IMG/VR virus record: IMGVR_UViG_3300009347_000009
Span: 511-64,510 of that record
Length of the DNA stretch: 64,000 bases
Strand: one strand, 5' to 3'
Origin: a virus
In this document: positions 36,894 to 46,142 of the stretch, one piece after another
Position numbering within the stretch: position 1 is the first letter of the stretch
Layout: each line of letters begins with the position of its first letter
The notes under the pieces: generated by a model
Told to the model about the DNA's origin: nothing
What the model saw: the letters and a program-made list of their open reading frames with translations, nothing else
Database searches by the model: none
Made by a program: the position numbers and the translations under genes

Positions 36894-37084
36894 GCGACAG
36901 TATCAGCAGGGCTGATGCAGCCAGTATTGACGACCTCAAGCGCGAGGCCAAGCGTTTGAAGAAAGCGAACCCCGGGATGAAGCATCACGAGGCCCTCAAC
37001 ACCGTGGCCCGTGACTGGGGCTATCTCGACTATCGACACGCCCGGGCGGTCCTCGCCCCGGACGAGGAGGAGGAGTGCGCATGA
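36890..37084 (+). CDS. Small helical protein (glyoxalase_8-like)
   Basis: LKREAKRLKK...HHEALNTVARDWGYLDY. Confidence 0.65.
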   Translation: MSDSISRADAASIDDLKREAKRLKKANPGMKHHEALNTVARDWGYLDYRHARAVLAPDEEEECA

Positions 37085-37416
37085 CTCGCCAAACGATCTA
37101 CGCCCCGAGCGCGGAGCTCGACCTGCTCGCAAGCCAACTGCGGGCCGAGGCCGAAGCGGCCAAGGAGAAAGCCAAACGCCTGCGTTGGCTGGAAGCCCCC
37201 GAATGGGCCAACTGCATCGCCAAGCCGAGCTTCCGCACCCTGGAACAGATGGAGAAAGGGAGCTGCCTGCCCCGCTGGCCAAGCGACCCCACGGACGCGG
37301 AAGACTGGCGCTGGGCCCGTCGAACCAGCTTCGGGTGGTTCAACTTCGACGCCGAGGGTGAAGTGCGCTCGGCAGCCGAAGCAGGCACTTGGACTATTCA
37401 GGAGTACCGCGAGTGA
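37081..37416 (+). CDS. Hypothetical protein
   Basis: ATGA overlap, GGAG SD. Confidence 0.6.
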   Translation: MTRQTIYAPSAELDLLASQLRAEAEAAKEKAKRLRWLEAPEWANCIAKPSFRTLEQMEKGSCLPRWPSDPTDAEDWRWARRTSFGWFNFDAEGEVRSAAEAGTWTIQEYRE

Positions 37417-37766
37417 CCCACTCCCCCGCCCCTTGGCGCTATGTCCCGAAATCCGGGCAGATCGTCGACGCCAACAACCGCCAGATATGCCGTATCTGGC
37501 ACACCAGCAACCACGAGCGTGACCACGCCAACGGTGAGCTGATCACCTCGGCGCCAATGTGGCACCAGGTGTTCGGCCACCTCGGCACGCCGGATGAAGC
37601 TGGCAACGCGGTCATCGCGGCCCGTGACGAGCTTCAAGAGGCCCTCGCCCTGTGTGTCGCGGCCATTGATCAACTGCTCCCCGGCGCCAAACACATCCCG
37701 TGCGACGTGGGGCTTATCAACCAAGCGCTGATCGCAGCGCGCCCACTGATCGAGGTGAACGCATGA
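37413..37766 (+). CDS. Hypothetical phage protein
   Basis: HSPAPW...ANGELITSAP motif common in phage early genes. Confidence 0.65.
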   Translation: MTHSPAPWRYVPKSGQIVDANNRQICRIWHTSNHERDHANGELITSAPMWHQVFGHLGTPDEAGNAVIAARDELQEALALCVAAIDQLLPGAKHIPCDVGLINQALIAARPLIEVNA

Positions 37767-37975
37767 GTCCTTTCCCCAAGCTCGTCCAGCGCGCGGCCCT
37801 CTGCGTGCTGCTCGGCATCACCATGGGCTACCTCGGGATGGCCGGTCTGGTTTACATCGCCACCGACCCGCGCATCCAGCCGCAGGCCCCGGTATCCATG
37901 CCACTGGACAAGTACCGCTGCCCCCAAGGCGACGAGTTCCAACTCTGCCGCATCACCGCCAAGGAGAAGCCATGA
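37763..37975 (+). CDS. Small membrane protein
   Basis: N-terminal TM segment, ATGA overlap. Confidence 0.6.
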   Translation: MSPFPKLVQRAALCVLLGITMGYLGMAGLVYIATDPRIQPQAPVSMPLDKYRCPQGDEFQLCRITAKEKP

Positions 37976-38573
37976 ACCAAGACGACGCCCTGAACCTGCA
38001 CAACCTGCTCCAGCAGGGCGCCACCGTGACCCAGATCGCTGAGTCGTGGGGCAAGAGTCGCTGGCAGCTGTACCGCTGCTCGATCGCTACGGGCTGGAGA
38101 ACCCGAACGTGCGCCTCAACGTCGAGGATCACGTGCTGCTGCAGCAAGAGTCCGGTATCCCGCCCGAGGTGTACGCCTACCGCGCCGGCATCAACCCCAA
38201 GTCCCTGCGCCGCTACTGCTGGAACATGGGCGAAAAGCCAGCGCTGCACACCTACGCCGAGAAGAAGGCGTGGTGGGAGAAGCAGCTCGACGCCTTCTCC
38301 CCGGAAAACGCCCAGGCGTTCTGCACCCTGCGCAACCTGCCGGTGGTGCTTGTCGCCGAGTGGTACCACCGCATCCACAAGCCCCGCGCGCTCCTGCTCT
38401 GGGGCTTCAACCGACTGTTGCTCGTCGAGGGTGAGCAGTTCATGGACTTCCAGCGTTTCGCTGACCCGGAAGCCCAGTTGTTCGCCCTCGGCGCCGGCAG
38501 AACCGCCGTACCGATCAAGGTCCGGCTCGCGGACGAGGTGTTTAAGTTCGCCCGTCCATATCAGCAGTGCTAA
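37972..38573 (+). pseudogene. HTH protein with apparent 1-nt frameshift near 38076
   Basis: GATVTQIAESWGKSRWQLYR in one frame continues naturally as LLDRYGLENP in another. Confidence 0.65.
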
Positions 38574-38598
38574 TCCCCCACTTGTAAAGGTACTTGTC

Positions 38599-38967
38599 AT
38601 GTCCAAAGCAACCGCCGTCAACCCGCTCCAGCAACTGGCCAACCAGCAGGCCATCATCCGCGCCGAGAACCAGTACCGACTGGCCAGACTTTTTACGCCA
38701 TACCTGTTCCGCCCCGAGCGCGTGGACTACGACCGCGTGGCCGCGTGCCTCGACGCCCCGCGCCGCGCGTTCCCACAACCGACCGAGGCACTAAACACCT
38801 CCTTGTCCCGCATCGAAACCAACCTGGCCAGCGCTAACGCGCTGCTGGACGCGTTCAAGGCGCAGGGCATTGAGCCAACGCTCGACGCCGACCAACTGTT
38901 CATCACTGCCCAAAACAATGTTGAAGGCAACGCGATGAACACACGCGGCTACGAAGCGGCTGCATAG
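38599..38967 (+). CDS. Hypothetical protein
   Basis: AAGG SD, ATG 38599 (MSKATAVNP). Confidence 0.65.
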   Translation: MSKATAVNPLQQLANQQAIIRAENQYRLARLFTPYLFRPERVDYDRVAACLDAPRRAFPQPTEALNTSLSRIETNLASANALLDAFKAQGIEPTLDADQLFITAQNNVEGNAMNTRGYEAAA

Positions 38968-38986
38968 TATTAGCACCGCTGATATA

Positions 38987-39018
38987 CTCTAGGGGTAAAT
39001 AGCTATTTACCCCTAGAG
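38987..39018. repeat. Perfect 32-bp palindrome
   Basis: CTCTAGGGGTAAATAG|CTATTTACCCCTAGAG. Confidence 0.9.
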
Positions 39019-39029
39019 AGGGCCTGAGC

Positions 39030-39503
39030 ATGAACCAAGCGCGTTTGCGAGAACTGATGGATTACAACCCCGAAACCGGCGACTTCACCTGGAAGGAAAC
39101 CCGCGGTCCTGCAAAAAAAGGGGCGACAGCGGGCTCGCCCTGCAACAAGGGGTACATCGTCATCGGGATTGAGGGGAAGGTCTACAAAGCCCACCGCCTC
39201 GCGTGGTTGTACATGACTGGCGACTGGCCGACCGATCAGCTCGATCACCGCAACCGCGACAAAGGCGACAACCGGTGGGCAAACCTGCGTGAAGCCAGCA
39301 ACCAAGAAAACTGTCTGAACAGGACCCGCTACAACCGCACCGGTTATCGGGGTGTAGCAAAAACCCCCTACGGCAGATTCGTCGGTGCATGCACCTACCG
39401 CGGAAAGCGCTATCAGAAAGGGGGATTCGCAACCGCCCAAGAGGCCTCCAAATGGGCCGAACAGAAACGCCAAGAGCTCTTTGGCGACTTCACTACGCCC
39501 TAG
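39030..39503 (+). CDS. Free-standing HNH-AP2 homing endonuclease
   Basis: YNPETGDFTW; AHRLAWLYMTG; LDHRNRDKGDNRWANLREA; GYRGV AP2-like tail. Confidence 0.9.
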   Translation: MNQARLRELMDYNPETGDFTWKETRGPAKKGATAGSPCNKGYIVIGIEGKVYKAHRLAWLYMTGDWPTDQLDHRNRDKGDNRWANLREASNQENCLNRTRYNRTGYRGVAKTPYGRFVGACTYRGKRYQKGGFATAQEASKWAEQKRQELFGDFTTP

Positions 39504-39532
39504 AGTATCAGCACTGCTGAAAGGAACCAGCC

Positions 39533-41899
39533 ATGCCACGTAACAACCGCTTCAACCCCGGATTCGCCGAACGCCTGCGCCAGAGCCGCGTGTCCCGTGG
39601 CCTGGAACGCGAGCTGCCCACCCCCGCCGAGATTCAAGCGGCATGGGCCACCCCAGCGATCAGCGGGCGCCAGGCCGTGACCATGGTCATCGACGAGTTC
39701 AGCGCTATCTGCACCGCCGACCTTGAAGCCCGGCTCACGTCGGCCATGGAGCGGCTACGCCAAATCACCGGCGTGAACCCGACCACCATCACGTTCGACA
39801 GCGCATGGCCCCGCGAAAACCTGCAGGAGCGCATGGACCGCTTCGTCGCCAACTACAGCGCTGGCCCACAGCCTATCCGCTTCGACCCGGCCATGGACCC
39901 GCCAATCCCAGGCCCGAACGCAGTACCCGTGGCACACCCAACAGGCGCTGTAACACCGCCGAAAGTACACGAGGCCCCTATGAACCAACAAAGATCGCTC
40001 TACACCGAGATTCAGCTCGGTGCCGCACGCTTCGTGCAGATGCTCCAGTACCTGCAACAAATGGGCGTCGGGCTGACCGACACCAGCACACGCCGCACCG
40101 ACGAGTTCGGACTCGATAACACCGAACTGCTGCAGTGGGCGATGATCGCCACCGACCGCTTAGACCGGGTCTTCATCGAAGGGGAGCGCGACGCCCTCCA
40201 CGCGATGCAAGCGCCAACGCTGCACGTGACCCTGTGCGACAGCCGAATGACCATCTGGGCCTCCCGCGGCGTCCTGCGCCACCCGGCCGTGGTCATGCAG
40301 CTCTCGGAAATGCTCCCCGAAGGGGCGCTACTCGACGCCCTGCGGGACAACGTGATCCTCGACTACACGCCATTCGACGGAAAGTGGTTCTACGTCACCG
40401 ACACCGACCGCGACCCGTTCAACCTCCACTGGCCGGACCGCTACCTGCCGCACTTGCCGGGCATCCCGATCGATAGGCTGATGCGCTACACCACCCGCGG
40501 CACCGGCGTGTCCCTGATGGAGCCGCTCTGGCACCTGCGCGAACGGGCCCGCCTCAACAGCGGCACCTACCACAAGCTGCCCGAGGCCATCCGCGCCAAG
40601 CTGCCGGACGAAGCGTTCCTTGAGTACCCGCACCTGGCCACCAAGGAGAGCAACCTGGGCCTGCTGGCCTACACCCAGTCGCCGGTGGCCGGTGAGCTCG
40701 ATCGCCAGGCGGTGATCAAGCCGGGCCGCTGGTTGCGCCGCTGGTTGCCCGAGGCCAGTGACGAGGAAATCAAGCAGATGGCCGCCATCTGCGCCGGCGA
40801 GTGCACCTCCGGGTGCAAGATCAGCAACAAAATGGAGGACTTCGTTCGCGTCTACAGCGAAGGCCCCGACAGCTGCATGGGCTACAAGCTCGACGAGGAC
40901 AACATCCCCAAGAGCTGGTACCGCACCCGCGTCGACGGCGAGCTCACCCATCCGGTCAGCGTCTACGCGCACCCGGACAACGACATCGCCATCGCGTGGT
41001 TGGAAACCGGCACCGGAGCGATCGGCGCCCGTACCCTGGTCAACACCGAGAGCAAGCGCTGGGTGCGCCTGTACAAGAGCGACCGCGTCAGCGGCGCCCT
41101 GGACAAGCTGCAGCAGTGGCTCTCCAGCCAAGGCTACCGTGCGGACGGCGAGGCGCTGTACGGCCAGAAGCTGCTCAAGCTGGAGACGGACGGCGGCGAC
41201 TACGTCTGCCCGTACATCGACGCCGGTGGCTACGACGTCACGGTCTGCGACGACCACCTGCGCGTCGGCCGCTACCCCGACCTGGGCCAAGTGCTCGGTA
41301 CCGACCACTCCACGGGCTGCACCTGCACGCCTGAGGAGAGCTACGACTGGCACTGCGACGACTGTGGCGCCGGCATGAGTGACGACGATGACTGCTACAC
41401 CACCGTGAGCGGTTACTGCCACTGCGAGGGTTGCGCCAGCAGCATGGACGCGATCTACGACTACGCGACCGGCGACACGCTCTACTCCAGCGACCCGTCG
41501 TGCGAAAACCGCGTGTACAACACCGAGCACTACACCGACTCCTGCGACGGCCATGACTGGATTCGTTTCCGCAGCGGCTTGCCCGCGGGCGTCGTGCTCC
41601 TCGACAGCAATCTGTACGACCACGACTGCGTAGCCCTGATCGAAGACTGCACCTACACCCATGAGGGTACCTACGTGCTCACTAAGGACCTGGATGATCA
41701 CGACCTGTTCTACCACCGGGACGAGGGTCAGGCCGAGCCCATTGCCAACTGGGTCGTCCTCGACGGCGAGCTGTTCCCGTCCGACGAGCTGGACGACGAC
41801 CTGCACGAGCAGCAGGTGAACGCGCGCGACATCGACTACCCCATGCTCGATGTGTACACCACCCGCGAAGAAGACGAAGAAGACGAGGAGGCAGCATAA
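39533..41899 (+). CDS. Large hypothetical protein with Cys-rich acidic C-terminus
   Basis: 788 aa; GPDSCM, GARTLV, CPYID motifs; CxxC clusters; alternative start at 39980. Confidence 0.7.
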   Translation: MPRNNRFNPGFAERLRQSRVSRGLERELPTPAEIQAAWATPAISGRQAVTMVIDEFSAICTADLEARLTSAMERLRQITGVNPTTITFDSAWPRENLQERMDRFVANYSAGPQPIRFDPAMDPPIPGPNAVPVAHPTGAVTPPKVHEAPMNQQRSLYTEIQLGAARFVQMLQYLQQMGVGLTDTSTRRTDEFGLDNTELLQWAMIATDRLDRVFIEGERDALHAMQAPTLHVTLCDSRMTIWASRGVLRHPAVVMQLSEMLPEGALLDALRDNVILDYTPFDGKWFYVTDTDRDPFNLHWPDRYLPHLPGIPIDRLMRYTTRGTGVSLMEPLWHLRERARLNSGTYHKLPEAIRAKLPDEAFLEYPHLATKESNLGLLAYTQSPVAGELDRQAVIKPGRWLRRWLPEASDEEIKQMAAICAGECTSGCKISNKMEDFVRVYSEGPDSCMGYKLDEDNIPKSWYRTRVDGELTHPVSVYAHPDNDIAIAWLETGTGAIGARTLVNTESKRWVRLYKSDRVSGALDKLQQWLSSQGYRADGEALYGQKLLKLETDGGDYVCPYIDAGGYDVTVCDDHLRVGRYPDLGQVLGTDHSTGCTCTPEESYDWHCDDCGAGMSDDDDCYTTVSGYCHCEGCASSMDAIYDYATGDTLYSSDPSCENRVYNTEHYTDSCDGHDWIRFRSGLPAGVVLLDSNLYDHDCVALIEDCTYTHEGTYVLTKDLDDHDLFYHRDEGQAEPIANWVVLDGELFPSDELDDDLHEQQVNARDIDYPMLDVYTTREEDEEDEEAA

Positions 41900-41924
41900 T
41901 ATCAGCCCCGCTGATATAATAGAC

Positions 41925-41974
41925 GTTGCGGCTAGGGGGCACCCGAAAACGAGCTAGTCACTCGCTGCCGCAAC
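41925..41974 (+). ncRNA. Candidate three-way-junction RNA downstream of TATAAT
   Basis: GTTGCGGC/GCCGCAAC closing stem with GGG..CCC and CGAG..CTCG hairpins; TATAAT at 41915-41920. Confidence 0.5.
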
Positions 41975-42006
41975 ACCCCCGACTACTCCCCGACCAGGAG
42001 ACCGCC

Positions 42007-42504
42007 GTGCTCACCCAAACTCGCCTAAAAGAACTGCTGCACTACGACCCCGCGACCGGAGCGTTCACCTGGCTGTCGTACCCGAACCCCCAGCACCCGG
42101 GGAAAACTCGGATAGGGCAACCCGCCGGAAGTCTCAATCAACGCGGCTACCGCCGCATCCAGATCCTCGGGAAATCCCACTTCGCACATCGCCTGGCATG
42201 GCTGTACATGACCGGCGCCTGGCCGATTCATCAAATCGACCACCGCGATACGCACCCGGCGAACAACGCCTGGGACAATCTGCGCGAGGCCACACCGAGC
42301 CAGAACGCCATGAACAGGCGGACGAGCACTGCCAGCTCCAGCAGGATCAAGGGCGTCAGCCCCCAACGCACACGCTGGGTAGCGATGATCTACCGCGAGG
42401 GTAAGCCCCTATACCTCGGCACCCACCCAACACCTGAAGAAGCAGCCTGCGCAGCCGTTACTGCACGCCAGCAACTACACGGCGAATTCGCGCGCCACGA
42501 CTAG
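42007..42504 (+). CDS. Free-standing HNH-AP2 homing endonuclease
   Basis: GTG start with CAGGAG SD; AHRLAWLYMTG; IDHRDTHPANNAWDNLREAT; IKGVS...LYLG. Confidence 0.9.
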   Translation: MLTQTRLKELLHYDPATGAFTWLSYPNPQHPGKTRIGQPAGSLNQRGYRRIQILGKSHFAHRLAWLYMTGAWPIHQIDHRDTHPANNAWDNLREATPSQNAMNRRTSTASSSRIKGVSPQRTRWVAMIYREGKPLYLGTHPTPEEAACAAVTARQQLHGEFARHD

Positions 42505-42522
42505 CACGCAAGGAACCAAGCC

Positions 42523-43536
42523 ATGAGCCGCTCTAACAAAATCCGCACCATCCCCCACCATGTCACCCCCACCTTCGCCGAAACCGTCGCCACCACACCG
42601 GTGGGCATAGAGGTGCTGCTGGACATCCTGGGCTACCAGCGCTTTGCCGGCACCCAAGGCGAGCAGGACATGATCGCCAAGTACATCGCCACACTACCGA
42701 ACGCCGAGGAGGACGGCTACGGCAACTGGTGGGTCGTAGTTGGCGACGCGCCCCCGACCACCATGTTCAGCAGCCATACCGATACCGTCGAGAAGCGATC
42801 CGCAGTAGGTAGGAAGAAGCTGAGCCTGCAGCGCAACTGGCTGAAAGTCGCCGGTGAAGGTGGTGTGCTCGGTGCCGACTGCGGCACCGGTGTGTGGATC
42901 ATGCTCAACCTGATCGCCGCCGGCGTGCCGGGCGTCTATGTGTTCCACCGCGACGAGGAGATTGGCGGCGGCGGCTCAAGCTACATCGCCAAGCACCACC
43001 CCGAGCGACTCGAAGGCCTCCAGCACTGCATCGCCTTCGACCGCAAGGCGACCACCCACGTGATCACCCACCAGGGCGGCAGCCGCTGCTGCTCGGACGC
43101 CTTCGCCAACGCCTTCGCCGACCTGCTCAACCTCGGCACCGGCATGGAGTTCGAGCCTAACGACGGGGGCAGCTTCACCGACAGCGCCAACTACACGCAC
43201 CTGATCCCCGAGTGCACCAACCTGTCGATCGGCTACTACGACCAGCACACCATGGAGGAGCGCCAGGACCTGTCCTTCGCCGCCGCACTGGTGCTCAAGC
43301 TGATCAGCCTGCCCTTCGACCAGTTACCGGCCGAGCGTGACCCGAAGGCCGACGAGGAGGAGGAGGACTGGCGCAGCTACTACTTCGGCAACTATCGCCG
43401 CGGCCCCTCCATGCGCGACCTGGTGGAACTCTATGCCGACGCTGTCGTCGACCTCCTCGACCAACTGGGCGTCACCCGCACCGAGCTGGAGCAGTACATC
43501 GCCGACGCCTATGGCGTATCCGTCGAGGAGCTCTGA
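42523..43536 (+). CDS. Zn-dependent peptidase (M28/M20-like)
   Basis: SSHTDTV, LGADCGTG, DEEIGGGGS, IAFDRK, NLSIGYYDQHT. Confidence 0.8.
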   Translation: MSRSNKIRTIPHHVTPTFAETVATTPVGIEVLLDILGYQRFAGTQGEQDMIAKYIATLPNAEEDGYGNWWVVVGDAPPTTMFSSHTDTVEKRSAVGRKKLSLQRNWLKVAGEGGVLGADCGTGVWIMLNLIAAGVPGVYVFHRDEEIGGGGSSYIAKHHPERLEGLQHCIAFDRKATTHVITHQGGSRCCSDAFANAFADLLNLGTGMEFEPNDGGSFTDSANYTHLIPECTNLSIGYYDQHTMEERQDLSFAAALVLKLISLPFDQLPAERDPKADEEEEDWRSYYFGNYRRGPSMRDLVELYADAVVDLLDQLGVTRTELEQYIADAYGVSVEEL

Positions 43537-43566
43537 TGGCGAAAAAAGTTAAAGGAGCCGGCAGCC

Positions 43567-44010
43567 ATGAGTGACGTGAAGCGATACGAAGCGGTGCATC
43601 TGCGCTACGACGACAACAACATCCGCTACGGTGAGGGTTGCGAGGTTGAAGTTGTGCTTGCCTCCGACTACGCCGCCCTTGAAGCCGAGCTAGCCCGCCT
43701 GCGCGCGGGGCAGGAGCCGGTGGCCGCTCAAGTGCGATTCCGCAGGCCAGAGAAAGGCTTGGCGGATTGGTCTGTATGGCAGCAGACCTCGATCAAACCA
43801 CACATGCCGGCATGGTCTATTGATGGCGCGGGCTACGAAGTTGAGTACCGCCTGCTCTACACCACCCCGCAGCCGAGCGCAGGCGTGGTGATGCCAGAGC
43901 GTAAGCAGCTACCCGATCTTTGGTTTGCAGAATTTCACGAGTCTCGTGGATGGAACGCCTGCCTTGACGAGTTCGCCCGCCTGAACAAAGGAGCCGGCAG
44001 CGATGAGTGA
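43567..44010 (+). CDS. Hypothetical protein
   Basis: MSDVKRY start; shares blocks with next gene. Confidence 0.7.
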   Translation: MSDVKRYEAVHLRYDDNNIRYGEGCEVEVVLASDYAALEAELARLRAGQEPVAAQVRFRRPEKGLADWSVWQQTSIKPHMPAWSIDGAGYEVEYRLLYTTPQPSAGVVMPERKQLPDLWFAEFHESRGWNACLDEFARLNKGAGSDE

Positions 44011-44464
44011 CGTGAAGCGATACGTGGTGACTTGCGACTGTATGAGTCAGGCAGCCTGGGGCGATTACGTCCGATACGACGACTACGCCGCCCTCGAATC
44101 CGATCTAGCAAAACTGCGCGCGGGGCAGGAGCCGGTGGCTTATACCACTGCCGGAATGCTGGCCATTGCAAAAGAGCTGCCGCTTACTGGCCGCATCGGC
44201 GCCCGCTGCAAGGCTGATGACCGCTGGAATGTGCCGCTCTACACCACCCCGCAGCCGAGCGCGGTGCCGGGTAACTCGCTGACCGGCGAATATCACGCTG
44301 ACGTCAATCGCCTGATGGTGGTTAACCAGCAACTGCTGGAGGCGCTGGAGCACGCCGTGTCTGAGTACGAGAAGCTGCCGCACTCGCTTGGCTATGAGTT
44401 TACCCATTTGCCATCTATGCGCGCCGCCATCGCCGCAGCACGGAAAGAGGGCGGGAAGGTATGA
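44003..44464 (+). CDS. Hypothetical protein, partial paralog of previous gene
   Basis: MSDVKRY, DYAALE, LRAGQEPVA, LYTTPQPSA shared. Confidence 0.7.
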   Translation: MSDVKRYVVTCDCMSQAAWGDYVRYDDYAALESDLAKLRAGQEPVAYTTAGMLAIAKELPLTGRIGARCKADDRWNVPLYTTPQPSAVPGNSLTGEYHADVNRLMVVNQQLLEALEHAVSEYEKLPHSLGYEFTHLPSMRAAIAAARKEGGKV

Positions 44465-44667
44465 GCCGCTGGGATGTGGATTGCTCAAGCTGTGGACGGC
44501 ATATCGGGTACGTCTACAGCTCAATGCCTATCGGGCCGTTGCATTGTGTCGAATGCGGTGATGCCGAGCGTGAGCAAGAGGAACAAGACGACTACTTCTA
44601 CCCTGGGTGCGGAACTCCGGGCTGTCAAGGTCACTGCGCTGGCGACGATATGATGGGGGATAGCTGA
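44461..44667 (+). CDS. Small Cys-rich protein
   Basis: CSSC, CVEC and further Cys; ATGA overlap. Confidence 0.55.
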   Translation: MSRWDVDCSSCGRHIGYVYSSMPIGPLHCVECGDAEREQEEQDDYFYPGCGTPGCQGHCAGDDMMGDS

Positions 44668-45369
44668 ATGCCAAAGGTAATGATTGACCGCGAGCTGCTG
44701 GAGCAATTACACCCTTATGTGTATGGGCCAGAAAGAGTGAAGCTACAGCAAGAGGTTAAAGCCATCCTCGCCGCCCCGCGCCAGCCGGAGGGTGAGGGGC
44801 TGGAGGTGGTGGCGTGGCAGGACGCTGACAACCCGCTGTACACCACAGCGGAGCGCAGGCAGATGCACGGATGGGCAACCGATGGTTATCCGATTGTCGA
44901 ACTTTGCCGCCTATCCGATCACCAGCGCGTCATTGCCGAGCTGCGGGAGGAATGCGAGCGGCTGCGTATGCAGCTTGCAGCTTGCGGAGTTGTCGCCTTG
45001 GCAAACACACCGGAAAGCGCCAGCGAAGCAAGACAGATGCACCAGGACTATATGTCCGCTTCTTGTTCCGATGTTGCCGGCGCAGTTGATCGTGAGATGA
45101 CCCTGCGCCAGCAGCTTGCCGAGCGGGATGCAGAGATTATGGAGCAATGTCGGTTGAACGGAATGGGTGCCGAGCGTGAGTTGAAGCTACTGACCCAGCG
45201 CGACAAGCTGGCAGGGTTGCTGCGGGAATGGCGCGGAATGTTCGACGGCGGCCTTGCGTCTGGGCAGCTTGGTGTACTTCGCGGGCAAACAGACGCCGCC
45301 CTTGCCGCCCTATCCGCGCCCTTGACTATCAGCACTGCTGATATACAATCGCCCCCCAACAAGGACTGA
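44668..45369 (+). CDS. Hypothetical protein
   Basis: 233 aa mosaic; ERLRMQLAACGVVALANT motif. Confidence 0.65.
   Translation: MPKVMIDRELLEQLHPYVYGPERVKLQQEVKAILAAPRQPEGEGLEVVAWQDADNPLYTTAERRQMHGWATDGYPIVELCRLSDHQRVIAELREECERLRMQLAACGVVALANTPESASEARQMHQDYMSASCSDVAGAVDREMTLRQQLAERDAEIMEQCRLNGMGAERELKLLTQRDKLAGLLREWRGMFDGGLASGQLGVLRGQTDAALAALSAPLTISTADIQSPPNKD
45322..45349 (+). promoter_or_regulatory. Sigma70-like promoter with perfect operator as spacer
   Basis: TTGACT-N16-TACAAT; operator TATCAGCACTGCTGATA 45327-45343. Confidence 0.7.
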
Positions 45370-45375
45370 GCCCGA

Positions 45376-45810
45376 ATGACCGTGCAGCACATCCAGCTCT
45401 CCCCCGGCCACGCCGCCGTCAGCACCTACTGCTCCACCCTGCGCCATGTCGATTGCCAGGGTCGCGAACTCAATGACGACTGGACCCACCCGGGCAGCTT
45501 CACCATTTCCAGCCAGACCCCTGTGACCGTGAACCTCTACCACGGCCGCACCGACCCAGACGTCGATATGGACGACTGGGGCTTCGACGGACCGAAGTTC
45601 AACTGCCTCACCCTCGCCCATGATCCCGACCGCACGCTGCTGCAGGGCTGTGACGTCCTGAGCCTTGAGCTCGCGCAGCGTATGGGGCTATCCGTCGCCG
45701 GTGACACGATCACCATCGAATACCTGGATGACCTGCTGGTTATCCCGCGCTTCCGTGACGGTAAGCCTGCGTACTTCGGGGACCACTCGATGACCGCTAC
45801 CGAAACGTAA
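45376..45810 (+). CDS. Hypothetical protein
   Basis: AAGGA SD; LYHGRTDP..DMDDWGFDGP motif. Confidence 0.7.
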   Translation: MTVQHIQLSPGHAAVSTYCSTLRHVDCQGRELNDDWTHPGSFTISSQTPVTVNLYHGRTDPDVDMDDWGFDGPKFNCLTLAHDPDRTLLQGCDVLSLELAQRMGLSVAGDTITIEYLDDLLVIPRFRDGKPAYFGDHSMTATET

Positions 45811-45818
45811 GGAGCACC

Positions 45819-46142
45819 ATGCAGGACATTGGCCGTTTGACCATTGGTCGCAAGGAAGGACAGTCATTCTTCGTCGGATCTTCGACGCTGGTGACCTTCC
45901 ACAACATCAGCATGCGGCACCAGCATGCCACCATCGAAATCAGCCGCACCGGCGCCGACCAGCCCGAGCGTCTCCACATCAAACAAGATCAGGTGATCAA
46001 CCTGGCACCCGATGTGGACATGGTCGCGCGCTTCAACGGCGAGCACGGGCGTCAGGTCAAAGTGACCATCAGCGCCCCGAAAAGCGTAAGCATCATGCGA
46101 AGTGAACTCGTCAATGAAGCAAAGGCAGCTGTCAGAGCTTGA
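45819..46142 (+). CDS. CsrA/RsmA-like protein (extended)
   Basis: LTIGRKEGQSFFVG N-terminus and QVKVTISAPKSVSIMRSEL C-terminus. Confidence 0.7.
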   Translation: MQDIGRLTIGRKEGQSFFVGSSTLVTFHNISMRHQHATIEISRTGADQPERLHIKQDQVINLAPDVDMVARFNGEHGRQVKVTISAPKSVSIMRSELVNEAKAAVRA

